From positions 1 through 61,984 of the forward strand of contig JBJTIO010000103.1 in the NCBI GenBank assembly GCA_046095045.1: 61,984 nt of DNA, given 5' to 3'. This document shows positions 1-11,042 of this stretch, in pieces (position 1 is the first letter of the stretch; the number at the start of each line of letters is the position of its first letter). The notes under the pieces are model-generated. The model worked only from the letters and a program-made list of their open reading frames with translations. It was not told the DNA's origin and searched no databases. Origin of the DNA: Actinomycetota bacterium. GTDB lineage: Bacteria > Actinomycetota > Acidimicrobiia > Acidimicrobiales > Ilumatobacteraceae. The position numbers were made by a program, and so were the translations under genes.

Positions 1-1
1 C

Positions 2-679
2 ACGAAACTTCCGGTGCTCATGGATCCGTACGGTGGTCCGCACGCACAGCGCGTGGTCGACTCGTACGCGGCGCACTGCACGTCGCAGTGGTTCGCCGAT
101 CAGGGATTCGCGGTGTTGGTCGTCGACGGACGCGGAACGCCGGGCCTCGGAACCGACTGGGAGCGAGCGGTGCACCTCGACTTGGCGACGCCGGTGCTCG
201 ACGATCAGGTCGATGCGTTGCACGCCGTCGCGAGCGAGTACGGCGATCTCGATCTCGGACGCGTCGCCATTCGTGGATGGAGCTTCGGCGGATATCTCGC
301 GGCGTTGGCCGTGTTGCGCCGACCCGACGTGTTTCACTGCGCCGTGGCGGGAGCACCGGTCACCGAGTGGCGTCTCTACGACACCTTCTACACCGAGCGT
401 TACCTCGGCAATCCGTCGATCGATGCCGCCGCGTACGACCGCACGTCGTTGCTGAGCGAGGCTCATCGACTGGAGCGTCCGCTGTTGTTGGTGCACGGTC
501 TCGCCGACGACAACGTGGTCGCGGCGCACACCTTGCAGTTGTCGTCGGCGCTGTTGGCCGCGGGCAAACCGCACGAGGTGCTTCCGCTGTCGGGAGTCAC
601 CCACATGACGCCACAAGCCGTCGTCGCCGAGAACCTGTTGCTCCACCAACTCGACTTCCTCCGGCGGTCCCTGTCGTAG
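2..679 (+). CDS. S9 family serine peptidase (prolyl oligopeptidase / dipeptidyl aminopeptidase type), C-terminal catalytic domain; 5' end outside window
   Basis: Frame of ORF 14..679 is open to the window edge. Catalytic motifs: GWSFGGY (nucleophile Ser), HGLADDNV (Asp), GVTHM (His). Confidence 0.85.
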   Translation, partial: TKLPVLMDPYGGPHAQRVVDSYAAHCTSQWFADQGFAVLVVDGRGTPGLGTDWERAVHLDLATPVLDDQVDALHAVASEYGDLDLGRVAIRGWSFGGYLAALAVLRRPDVFHCAVAGAPVTEWRLYDTFYTERYLGNPSIDAAAYDRTSLLSEAHRLERPLLLVHGLADDNVVAAHTLQLSSALLAAGKPHEVLPLSGVTHMTPQAVVAENLLLHQLDFLRRSLS

Positions 680-715
680 TGCGTCTCGGGGTCGGGCTGG
701 GCTACCGTTGAGGTC

Positions 716-1219
716 GTGGCAGCAACCCCCTCCCCCGACTTGATCCTCGAGCCGTTGTCGCTCGAAACCGACGGATTCCCCGCCCGACCGCTGAGTGAAT
801 GGCTCACCACGTTCCATCTCGCTTCGGTGGTTCTCGATCCCTACACCAACGAGAGTTCCTGGATCCTGCCGACCGCGGCCCGCATCCTGCGCGCCTTCTC
901 GGGTGCCGCGGCTCGCACCAATCTGATCGTCACCGCCCCGGCCGCCGACGCCGCGGCGTTCCTCGGACCCCTCGCCAAGGAGTTCCTCGTCTTCACCGAT
1001 CCCGATCGCGCCGCGGTTCGAGCATTCGGATTGTCGGCTCTTCCCGCGTTCGTCTTCGTGCGCTCCGACGGCACCATCCCCGCGAGCGCCCAAGGTTGGA
1101 ATCCTCTCGAGTGGCGCGCGGTCGCCAAGACCATCGCCGACGTCACGTCGTGGACCGCTCCGGCCATTCCCGCGCCGAGCGATCCGACGGCATTCGCCGG
1201 CACGTCGTCCGCCGGCTGA
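716..1219 (+). CDS. hypothetical protein, possibly thioredoxin-fold-like but without any Cys (no CxxC)
   Basis: ORF 716..1219 with GTG start and GAGG just upstream; coding-like composition. LPAFVFVRSDG strand-turn resembles TlpA/Trx-like folds, but the assignment is weak. Confidence 0.55.
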   Translation: MAATPSPDLILEPLSLETDGFPARPLSEWLTTFHLASVVLDPYTNESSWILPTAARILRAFSGAAARTNLIVTAPAADAAAFLGPLAKEFLVFTDPDRAAVRAFGLSALPAFVFVRSDGTIPASAQGWNPLEWRAVAKTIADVTSWTAPAIPAPSDPTAFAGTSSAG

Positions 1220-3714
1220 TTCTGACTCCGCTCACCGACCTCCCCGTCGAACACGTCGTCGACGATCTGCGTCGGGCGCTCGCCGATCATCTCTCGGCGA
1301 TCCTGATCGCCCCACCCGGAGCCGGCAAGACCACGCTCATCCCGCTTCGTTTGCTCGACCAACCTTGGGTCGGCGATCGACGCATCGTGATGCTCGAGCC
1401 TCGACGGTTGGCCGCACGCGCCGCGGCCCGTCGATTGTCATCGCTCATCGGCGACGAACCGGGTGGCATCGTCGGGTATCAAACGCGCGACGAGCGTCGC
1501 ATCGGATCGAGCACCCGCATCGAAGTCGTGACCGAAGGAATTCTCACGCGGCGTCTGCAGAGCGATCCGACTCTCGATGGAACCGCGCTCGTGATCTTCG
1601 ACGAGGTGCACGAGCGCAATCTCCCCACCGACCTCGGTCTGGCCCTCGCCCTCGACGCACGGCGATTGGTGCGACCAGATCTGCGCGTGCTCGCGATGTC
1701 GGCGACCGCCGACACCAAGGGACTGCTCGCCGTGCTCGGCGCCGACACGCCGGTGGTGTCGAGCGAGGGTCGACAGTTCCCGGTCGATGTTCGCTGGGCA
1801 CCGATGGCTCCGCAACAACGACTCGACGATGCCGTCGTCGACGTCACGTTGCGCGCTCTGCGCGAGAACGACGGAGACGTGCTGGTGTTCCTGCCCGGTG
1901 TCGGCGAGATCAACCGCGCCGTCGGCACTCTGGAGACACGGGTGAGCCCCGACGTCGACGTGCATCCGTTGGCCGGAGCACTGGCGTTGGCCGATCAGGA
2001 TCGCGCGCTCGCACCATCTCCGCCCGGCCGACGGCGCGTGGTGGTGAGCACCGACATCGCCGAGACGAGCCTCACCGTCGACGGAGTGAGCGTGGTCGTC
2101 GATGCCGGATTGGCACGCGTTCCGCGATTCGATCAGCGCACCGGTCTCACTCGCCTCACCACCGTGCCCACATCGCGCGCGTCGGCCGATCAACGCGCCG
2201 GTCGCGCCGGACGACTGGGCCCGGGCACGGCATACCGACTGTGGAGCAAGATCGAACACGGAAGTCGTCGCGCTCACCTCGAGCCCGAGATCACGATGGT
2301 CGATCTGTCGGGCTTGTTGCTCGAGGTCACCGTATGGGGCACCGCACTCGACGAATTGCGATTCATCGATTCACCACCCGCGGGCGCACTCAAACAAGCG
2401 CGCGAGTTGGTGGGCATGCTCGGTGCCATCGATCACGACGGTCATCTCACCGAGGTCGGTCGACGCATGTTGCGGCTACCCGTGCACCCGCGCCTCGCGC
2501 ACATGATCGGTGAGGCGCACGACGACGATCGAGGTCTCGCTTGTGTGTTGGCGGCCGTTCTCGACGATCGCGACATCATGCGTGGTCGACCCGACAGCCT
2601 TCCCGTCGACATCGCCGCTCGCGTGCAGATGATCACCGGTGAGCTGCATGACGAGCGCGCCGACCGCCGTGGCATGGCCCGAGTGCGCGATCGCGCCGAC
2701 GATCTGGCGCGCCGATCGGGTGCCCGTCTCGACTGGGCATCGATCGATGCCGATCACTGCGGACGCGTTCTGTTGCTCGCTTATCCCGATCGACTCGCGA
2801 TGCGACGTCAGCCCGGTCAATTTCAGATGCGTGTCGGCAATGAGGCACGCATGGCCAACACCGATCCTCTCGCGCGCGAGAACTTCATCGTCGTGGCCGA
2901 TCTCGATGGTGACCGCAAGAGCTCGCGCATTCGCCTGTGCGCGGTGGTCGATCAGGCATCGATCGCCCTCGCTCTCGGTGACGACGTGATCGAGGAAAGA
3001 ACCGTCGTCTACGACAAGGAACGCAAGGACATCATCGAACGAGTGACCGTGCGAGTCGATCGCATGCGCCTCAGCGAGTCGTCGCGCCGCCCATCACCCA
3101 GCGACACCACCGTCGACGCGTTGATCGAACGCATCACATCGACCCGACTCGCCGACCTGCCATGGTCGCGCCACACGTCGGAATTGCGCGCACGCGTCAA
3201 CTTTTTGCGTCGCGAGATCGGCGAATCGTGGCCGGATTGGAATGATCGCGCGTTGCTCGCGAGTGTCGACGCGTGGTTGCGGCCCTATCTCGTCGGCATG
3301 ACCTCGATGAGCGATGTCGCGGGACTCGATCTGGCGATGTTGCTCCGATCGCAGTTGCCGTGGCCCGAGGGTGCGCGCCTCGACGAACTCGCGCCCGCGC
3401 GCATCACGTTGGCGTCGGGTCGCGACCTGACCCTCGACTACGTGGCGGCCGTTACCGAGAACACTGCGCCCGTCGTGCGCGTGCGCGTGCAGGATTTGTT
3501 CGGCACCAAGGTGCATCCCACCATCGCCGACGGACGCGTGCCGGTGGTTCTGCATCTGTTGTCCCCCGCCGACCGACCGGTGCAGGTGACGTCCGATCTT
3601 CCCGGATTCTGGGCGGGAAGTTGGGCCGACGTTCGCAAGGACATGGCCGGTCGTTACCCGAAACATCGTTGGCCCGATGATCCGGCCAACGCCGATCCGA
3701 AGCGCACGAAGTGA
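1150..3714 (+). CDS. hrpB: ATP-dependent RNA helicase HrpB (DEAH-box)
   Basis: Walker A APPGAGKTT, DEAH box FDEVHERN, MSAT motif, long HA2/HrpB C-terminal region. Size of about 830-850 aa fits HrpB. The start is uncertain: the only canonical in-frame starts near the core are GTG 1150 and GTG 1111, both overlapping the upstream gene. Confidence 0.85.
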   Translation: MDRSGHSRAERSDGIRRHVVRRLILTPLTDLPVEHVVDDLRRALADHLSAILIAPPGAGKTTLIPLRLLDQPWVGDRRIVMLEPRRLAARAAARRLSSLIGDEPGGIVGYQTRDERRIGSSTRIEVVTEGILTRRLQSDPTLDGTALVIFDEVHERNLPTDLGLALALDARRLVRPDLRVLAMSATADTKGLLAVLGADTPVVSSEGRQFPVDVRWAPMAPQQRLDDAVVDVTLRALRENDGDVLVFLPGVGEINRAVGTLETRVSPDVDVHPLAGALALADQDRALAPSPPGRRRVVVSTDIAETSLTVDGVSVVVDAGLARVPRFDQRTGLTRLTTVPTSRASADQRAGRAGRLGPGTAYRLWSKIEHGSRRAHLEPEITMVDLSGLLLEVTVWGTALDELRFIDSPPAGALKQARELVGMLGAIDHDGHLTEVGRRMLRLPVHPRLAHMIGEAHDDDRGLACVLAAVLDDRDIMRGRPDSLPVDIAARVQMITGELHDERADRRGMARVRDRADDLARRSGARLDWASIDADHCGRVLLLAYPDRLAMRRQPGQFQMRVGNEARMANTDPLARENFIVVADLDGDRKSSRIRLCAVVDQASIALALGDDVIEERTVVYDKERKDIIERVTVRVDRMRLSESSRRPSPSDTTVDALIERITSTRLADLPWSRHTSELRARVNFLRREIGESWPDWNDRALLASVDAWLRPYLVGMTSMSDVAGLDLAMLLRSQLPWPEGARLDELAPARITLASGRDLTLDYVAAVTENTAPVVRVRVQDLFGTKVHPTIADGRVPVVLHLLSPADRPVQVTSDLPGFWAGSWADVRKDMAGRYPKHRWPDDPANADPKRTK

Positions 3715-3721
3715 GACGCGC

Positions 3722-4474
3722 ATGATCGCCATCGAGATCGCCGGGCTCTCGCTACCGATGGTGTTGCTCTGCACTGCGCTCGCGGTGATCGGGTCGAGCG
3801 TCCAGGGATCGCTCGGTTTCGGACTCGGAATGCTCACCTCACCACTGTTCGCGATGATCGACCATTCCTTCATTCCGGTCGCGATGATGCTCGCCGTGAT
3901 GCCGCTCACCTTCGGAGTCGCGATTCGCGATCGACATCACATCGACGCGACGGGATTCAAGTGGGCGATTCTCGGTCGGTTTCCCGGTGTGTTCCTCGGC
4001 ATCGTTGCGTTGAAAGCGATGGACGAGGACCTGCTCGCGTACGCGGTCGCGTCGTCGGTGGCGATCGCCGTCGTGATCTCGGTCGTCACCTCGCGGCGTG
4101 GTCAGGTGGTGCCCACGAACCCGGTCACGCTCACCAGTGCCGGATTCGCGAGCGGCTTCATGGGCACGGTCACTTCGATCGGTGGTCCGCCGATGGCGCT
4201 CGTCTACAAAGATGGTGATCCACGCACGGTGCGCGCCACCATCGCCGCGTTCTTCAGCATCGGCGTCGTGATCACCGTGAGCGGGTTCGTGCTGTCGGGC
4301 GAGATCGGTCACCACGAACTGGCACTCACCGCCGTGGTGCTCCCCGGCGTGTTGGCCGGACTCCCCCTGTCGTCCGTGCTCGCCAAACACATCTCCGCCA
4401 ACGTCATGCGACCGTTGATCCTCGTCATCTGCGCGTTGTCCGCAACCTTGTTGTTCCTGGAAACGGCGCTCTGA
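3722..4474 (+). CDS. sulfite exporter TauE/SafE family membrane protein
   Basis: About 250-aa polytopic hydrophobic protein with repeated GxGxG/GGP segments typical of TauE/SafE. ATG 3722 preferred over the ORF-track start 3677, which overlaps hrpB. Confidence 0.75.
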   Translation: MIAIEIAGLSLPMVLLCTALAVIGSSVQGSLGFGLGMLTSPLFAMIDHSFIPVAMMLAVMPLTFGVAIRDRHHIDATGFKWAILGRFPGVFLGIVALKAMDEDLLAYAVASSVAIAVVISVVTSRRGQVVPTNPVTLTSAGFASGFMGTVTSIGGPPMALVYKDGDPRTVRATIAAFFSIGVVITVSGFVLSGEIGHHELALTAVVLPGVLAGLPLSSVLAKHISANVMRPLILVICALSATLLFLETAL

Positions 4475-4515
4475 CGGGCTGGGCATCGGTGCGTCGCTGG
4501 GCGTAGCGTGACAGC

Positions 4516-6165
<1,650 letters not shown>

Positions 6166-6168
6166 CCG

Positions 6169-6189
6169 CGGTTCTGGGTCGGTGAACCG
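6169..6189. terminator. weak candidate bidirectional hairpin between convergent fumarase and crotonase genes
   Basis: Inverted repeat CGGTTC-n9-GAACCG in the 27-nt convergent gap; only 6 bp, no T-tract. Confidence 0.2.
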
Positions 6190-6192
6190 GCC

Positions 6193-7011
6193 TCAGTCGA
6201 AGAGGGCGCCGAGGCGCAGTTCACCGTCGCGGGTCTGACCACCGTCGGCCAGGAACTTGATCATCGCGTCGCGCGTGCCATCACCACCGAGACAGCGCGC
6301 GAACGCGTTCCACTCGGCGATGAGATCGGCTTCGACCTCTTTCTCGGCGCGCACCACCGACGCCTTGGCTTCGGCCACTGCATGTGCCGGGAACGAGGCG
6401 ATGCGCCGCGCCATGCGCTCGACGAACGGCCACAACTCGGCCGGCGGCAAGGCGCGATTGACCCACCCCCACGCTTCGGCCGTGCGCGCGTCGATGTCGT
6501 CGCACCCGAGTACCACCTCGAGCGCGCGCGAGCGACCGAGCAAGCGCGCGAGACGTTGCGTCCCACTTCCTCCCGGGATGATGCCCAACGCCACCTCGGG
6601 CTGATTGAAGATCGCTCCGTCACGTCCCGCGCTCGGAAGAGCGGCGAAACGAAGATCGCAACTCGACGCCAATTCGCTACCGCCTCCGCCCACGCGCCCC
6701 TCGATCACCGCAATGGTCGCTTTGGGCATGGTGCGCAACGTCTCGCACATGCGGTGATACGGACCGAGCTCGGTCGTGGGTGGCTGATCGGTCGGGAAAG
6801 TGAGAATCGCCTCGACGTCGAAGTGCGCGATGAAGAACTCGGGATTGGCCGACGACAAGATGACCACGCGCACCGAGTCGTCGACGGCGAGTTCCTCGAC
6901 GATGCGCGCCGTCTCGATGAACTGTTCGAACGTGAACAGGTTGATCGGTGGATGGTCGAACACCACCCGCGCGATTCCTGCGTCGATCGACACTCCCACT
7001 GCTGCACTCAT
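6193..7011 (-). CDS. enoyl-CoA hydratase/isomerase (crotonase) family protein
   Basis: 272 aa; crotonase fold signature region VIEGRVGGGGSELA (oxyanion-hole glycine stretch); GGGGGAG Shine-Dalgarno upstream. Confidence 0.88.
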   Translation of the reverse strand: MSAAVGVSIDAGIARVVFDHPPINLFTFEQFIETARIVEELAVDDSVRVVILSSANPEFFIAHFDVEAILTFPTDQPPTTELGPYHRMCETLRTMPKATIAVIEGRVGGGGSELASSCDLRFAALPSAGRDGAIFNQPEVALGIIPGGSGTQRLARLLGRSRALEVVLGCDDIDARTAEAWGWVNRALPPAELWPFVERMARRIASFPAHAVAEAKASVVRAEKEVEADLIAEWNAFARCLGGDGTRDAMIKFLADGGQTRDGELRLGALFD

Positions 7012-7042
7012 GACTCCCCCAGTCGTCGAGTGGTACGGACGT

Positions 7043-7951
7043 TTATTTCAGCAGGCTCTTCACCGCGTTGCGGGTGTCGTTCACCTCGTCGGGTGTGGCA
7101 CCGAACTCGACCGCCGCGAAGTCGGTGACGCCGATGTCGGCCAATGCGGCCACGCGCTCGGCCACCTCCGACTCGCTGCCGATGATCGCGATGTCGGCCG
7201 GACCGCCGACGCCTTCCTTGTCGAGCATGGCCCGATAACTGGGCAACTGTCCGTAGACCACGAACACCTTGGCGGCGCGCTCGAGGGCGGCGGCGCGGTC
7301 CTTCGTGACGCACACGGGCAAGGCCGCGATGACGCGCGTCGAATCGCGCCCCGCCTTTTCGGCGGCCGCACGCAACGTGGGCACGGTGTGATTCGCGAGC
7401 GTCTGGGGTCCGGTGCACCACGTGAGGGTTCCGTCGGCGAGCGCGGCGGTGACTTTCAACATCTGCTCACCGAGGGCCGCGATCACCACGCCCGGACGCG
7501 AACCGCCCGGAACGGCGACACCGCCGTTGACACGAAACTCCTCGCCGGCGTGCGACACGGGCTTGCCCTCGAGCAAGGGCATCATCACCTCGAGGTACTC
7601 GCGCATGTGACGCACGGGCTTGTCGAAACTCATTCCCCACATGCTCTCGACGACGATCTTGTGGCTGAGTCCGACGCCGAGACACAGGCGCCCGTTCGAC
7701 GCGGCGTTCACCGTGAGCGCCTGCTGAGCCATCATCATCGGATGGCGCGGATAGGTGGGCACAACGCTCGTTCCGAGTTCGATGCGCGGCACCTCGCGAC
7801 CGATCACCGCGAGAGCGGTGAGAGCGTCGTGTCCGAAGATCTGCGGGGCCCAATAACTCGCGAAGCCCGCGGCCTCGGCCGAACGGGCCTCGGCCACCAT
7901 CGCGTCGATCGTCCCGTCGTTCGCCGCACCACCGAAGATTCCGATTCTCAT
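7043..7951 (-). CDS. LLM class (luciferase-like) F420-dependent oxidoreductase
   Basis: Starts MRIGIFGG...; TIM-barrel luciferase-like sequence throughout. ATG 7951 chosen; the 62 upstream codons of the ORF track are Arg-rich junk. Confidence 0.85.
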   Translation of the reverse strand: MRIGIFGGAANDGTIDAMVAEARSAEAAGFASYWAPQIFGHDALTALAVIGREVPRIELGTSVVPTYPRHPMMMAQQALTVNAASNGRLCLGVGLSHKIVVESMWGMSFDKPVRHMREYLEVMMPLLEGKPVSHAGEEFRVNGGVAVPGGSRPGVVIAALGEQMLKVTAALADGTLTWCTGPQTLANHTVPTLRAAAEKAGRDSTRVIAALPVCVTKDRAAALERAAKVFVVYGQLPSYRAMLDKEGVGGPADIAIIGSESEVAERVAALADIGVTDFAAVEFGATPDEVNDTRNAVKSLLK

Positions 7952-7998
7952 GCCGCCACCGTACTCGCAACACCGACGATGCCCGGCACGGACGGGAA

Positions 7999-9615
7999 TC
8001 AGGCGAGGCTCACCACGTCGAGCCAATCGGGACCGAAGTAGTCGACCTGCCCGTCGGGCATGAGCAGAACCTTGGTGGGTGAGAGATTCTCGACGAACTC
8101 GGTGTCGTGACTGACGAAGATGATCGCGCCTTTCCAACCCGACAACGCTTCGGCGACGGCCTCGCGACTGGGCGGATCGAGGTTGTTCGTGGGCTCATCG
8201 AGCAACAACAGATTGTTGCGACCGACCATCAGCATCGCGAGAGCGAGTTTCGTCTTCTCCCCACCGCTGAGGGTGCCCGACTTCTGGAACACCTTCTCCC
8301 CCGACAAACCGAACATGCCGAGCAAACCGCGCAACTGGGTCTCGGTCAATTGCACGCCCGGTGGCACCTCGCGACGAATGTTGTCGAGCAACGACGCGTT
8401 GGTATCGAGGTTGTCGTGTTCCTGCGCGTAGTAACCGCACTGCACCTGATGTCCGAAGGCGAACTGACCGAGATCGGCGTTCGTCTCGCCGGCGAGAATC
8501 CGCAACAGACTCGTCTTGCCCGCACCGTTGAGACCGAGCACGAGCAACCGTTCACCGCGGCCGAGGTCGAACGACACGTCCTCGAACACGGGCGGGCCGC
8601 CGTATCCCTTGCACAGATGTTCGGCGGTGATGACCGTCGTGCCGCACGGGGGCGGGTCGGGGAACTTCACTTGGATGCGTCGAGTCGCGTTCGGTGCGTT
8701 GACCTTCTCGCCGTTCAAACGGTCGATGCGCTTCTCGATGCTGTGTGCCATCGCCGCCTTGGTCGCCTTGGCTCCGAAACGGTCGACCACGGTCTGTAGT
8801 CGGTCGATTTCCTTCGCTTGGAGTGCGGCTTTCTTCGCCAACCGCTCCTCGTCGTCGGCGCGGGCCCGTTGATACTGGCTGTAGGTGCCGCGGTATTCGA
8901 CGAGATGTCCGGTGGCGTCCTCGGCCACGCGATCGAGGTGCAACACGCGAGTGATCGCCTCGTCCAGCAGGTCGAGGTCGTGGCTGATCACGAGCAAGGC
9001 ACCGCGATATTGACGAAGGAATTCGAGCAACCACGACTTGGCGTCGACGTCGAGGTGGTTCGTCGGCTCGTCGAGAAGCAGTGCGTCGCTACCGGCGAAG
9101 AGGATGCGCGAGAGTTCGACGCGACGGCGCTCACCACCCGACAGCACTCCCACTGGAAGGTCGAGTCGACCTCCGCCCATGCCGAGTCCGGCCGCGATGC
9201 TGCGCGCCTCACTCTCGGCGGCGTATCCGCCCTTCATTGCGAACTCTTCTTCGGCTCGGCTGAAGCGCTGCACGTTGCGATCGCTCGCGTCCTCCTCCAT
9301 CGCGATGCGGAGTTTCTCGATGCGCATCAGATCGTCGTCGATGTTGCGCCCCGACAAGATGTGCGAGATCGCCGACCGCCCGTCGTAGATGCCCGCGATG
9401 CGCGGATCCTGCGGCAGATAGCCGAACCCGCCCTTGCGCATGATCTTTCCGGCGATCGGCTCGGCCTCGCCGCCCAAGACCTTGAACAGACTCGTCTTGC
9501 CCGCTCCATTGCGACCGACCAAACCGACCTTGTCCTTGGGCATCACGGTGAAGGTGGCGTCGGCCACCACGAGGCGACCTCCCACCTCGACCGAGAGCGA
9601 CTGGACCTGGAGCAT
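7999..9615 (-). CDS. ABC-F family ATPase (two ABC cassettes, no membrane domain)
   Basis: Walker A GRNGAGKTS and GLNGAGKTS; signatures LSGGERRR and LSGGEKTK; charged inter-domain linker. Confidence 0.92.
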   Translation of the reverse strand: MLQVQSLSVEVGGRLVVADATFTVMPKDKVGLVGRNGAGKTSLFKVLGGEAEPIAGKIMRKGGFGYLPQDPRIAGIYDGRSAISHILSGRNIDDDLMRIEKLRIAMEEDASDRNVQRFSRAEEEFAMKGGYAAESEARSIAAGLGMGGGRLDLPVGVLSGGERRRVELSRILFAGSDALLLDEPTNHLDVDAKSWLLEFLRQYRGALLVISHDLDLLDEAITRVLHLDRVAEDATGHLVEYRGTYSQYQRARADDEERLAKKAALQAKEIDRLQTVVDRFGAKATKAAMAHSIEKRIDRLNGEKVNAPNATRRIQVKFPDPPPCGTTVITAEHLCKGYGGPPVFEDVSFDLGRGERLLVLGLNGAGKTSLLRILAGETNADLGQFAFGHQVQCGYYAQEHDNLDTNASLLDNIRREVPPGVQLTETQLRGLLGMFGLSGEKVFQKSGTLSGGEKTKLALAMLMVGRNNLLLLDEPTNNLDPPSREAVAEALSGWKGAIIFVSHDTEFVENLSPTKVLLMPDGQVDYFGPDWLDVVSLA

Positions 9616-9672
9616 TGGATCAAGTGTGTGCCGTCACGACCCCGAGGACAACCATCCCCAAGGATTCGATGT

Positions 9673-10587
9673 TCAGCCCGGAGGAACCGCGGTTGTGGTC
9701 GTGGGCGTCACGACGGCCGACGCAATCGTGGTCGTGGTGGCCGATGGGTCGGCGGTCGTGGTGGTGACGTTCGGATCGACGGTCGTCGTCGATTGATCGG
9801 GCGGCATATTGGTCAGCGGAGCGTCGTCGGTGAATTCCGACGGCAGGCATTTGCCGTTCGCCGGTGCGGGGGCCGGTCCGAGAAGTTCGATCAAGTGATC
9901 CATCAACACTTCGTTACCGGCGGCGATCGGATGGATGCCGTCCTTCCACAACAGACCCGGGGCTTTCGAGATGTTGCGCCAGTCGAGCAACCACAAGTTG
10001 TCGCGAGCCGCGACCTCCTCGAGGATGACTTCGTTCACTTCGGCGATGTACGGCTTGTATTCGGTGGCCGTCATGATGATCACCGGTCGAGGGGCGAGAG
10101 CATCGAGGATCTGCCGCAACATCTCTCGATACTTCACCTGATCGCGGCCGTAGTTGGTGCCGAGGAACAGAACTGCCGCATCGAACCCCTGCGGCAACTT
10201 CTTCTTGACGATGCTCAATCCGAGATTGACCGGCTTTCCTCGTTCCGCCTCGATCGAAACCTGCCAGCCGAGCGGGACCAACAGATCGCACGCCGGTCCA
10301 CTGAATCGGCGCGATAAACCGGCGAGAATCGAGTCACCGATGAAGAGGAGGCGGTTGCCGTTGGCGACCTCGCCGATCGTCAACTGACGAGTGGTCGGCT
10401 CCGTGGTGGTCGAACCTCCGTTGCCCACGCCCGCACTGCCCGACTCGCTCGGGACGATGCCGACGCCCGCCACCGTTCCGAGCGGACCCGACGGAGTCGC
10501 CGGAGCATCCGAGCCACCGCACGCTGCAATGACGATCGACGCGGCGATGATGCAGGTGGCTCGACGGGTGAGCGAGTCGAGGATCAC
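9673..10587 (-). CDS. SGNH/GDSL-type hydrolase lipoprotein with Thr/Pro-rich C-terminal tail
   Basis: Signal peptide with lipobox IAAC-G; SGNH block I FIGDSI and block V DGIHP; tail TTTVDPNVTTTTADPSATTTT...TTTTAVPPG. GTG start overlaps the mscL stop (GTGA). Confidence 0.8.
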   Translation of the reverse strand: MILDSLTRRATCIIAASIVIAACGGSDAPATPSGPLGTVAGVGIVPSESGSAGVGNGGSTTTEPTTRQLTIGEVANGNRLLFIGDSILAGLSRRFSGPACDLLVPLGWQVSIEAERGKPVNLGLSIVKKKLPQGFDAAVLFLGTNYGRDQVKYREMLRQILDALAPRPVIIMTATEYKPYIAEVNEVILEEVAARDNLWLLDWRNISKAPGLLWKDGIHPIAAGNEVLMDHLIELLGPAPAPANGKCLPSEFTDDAPLTNMPPDQSTTTVDPNVTTTTADPSATTTTIASAVVTPTTTTAVPPG

Positions 10588-10973
10588 TTCTTCTCGTTCT
10601 GCTCGCGGATCGCTCTCAACTCGTCGCGAATGGAGGTCAGCAACGCAACTTCACTCGGGGGCGCCTCGGCCGGAGTTCCCGTGGCTTTGTTGTACGCCTT
10701 CAACATCAAGAAGAGGACGAACGCGATCGACAGGAAAGTCACCGCAACCGTAAGGAACGCGCCGAAGCGAATCTCAGCGTCGTTGAGATGGAGGATGAGG
10801 ACGTCATCGAACTTCGGCTCGCCGAACGGAATGGCGACGATGGGCATGATGATGTTCTCGACCAGAGCGGTCACGAGGCCGGAGAACGCCCCGCCCACCA
10901 CGAAACCGATGGCAATCGCCAGGAGATTCCCTCGGTTGATGAAGTCCTTGAATTCGGAAAACAGACGACGCAC
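10584..10973 (-). CDS. mscL: large-conductance mechanosensitive channel MscL
   Basis: FKDFINRGNLLAIAIGFVVGGAF...IIMPIV is the conserved MscL TM1 region. GTG 10973 is preceded by GGAGG at good spacing, and is preferred over the ORF-track start 11042. Confidence 0.93.
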   Translation of the reverse strand: MRRLFSEFKDFINRGNLLAIAIGFVVGGAFSGLVTALVENIIMPIVAIPFGEPKFDDVLILHLNDAEIRFGAFLTVAVTFLSIAFVLFLMLKAYNKATGTPAEAPPSEVALLTSIRDELRAIREQNEKK

Positions 10974-11042
10974 GTGATCACCTCCGGAGTGACGAAATCT
11001 ACCCAGATGTTCGGGGTATTCGTTCGGCAGTACCCTGTTCAC

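Noticed and set aside
9673-9800. Repetitive DNA (ggtcgtggtgg-like units) that could be taken for a tandem repeat or CRISPR-like array
   Set aside because: It is the coding sequence of the Thr-rich tail of the SGNH lipoprotein (ACC codons read on the minus strand). The units are imperfect and have no spacers. No CRISPR array was seen anywhere in the window.
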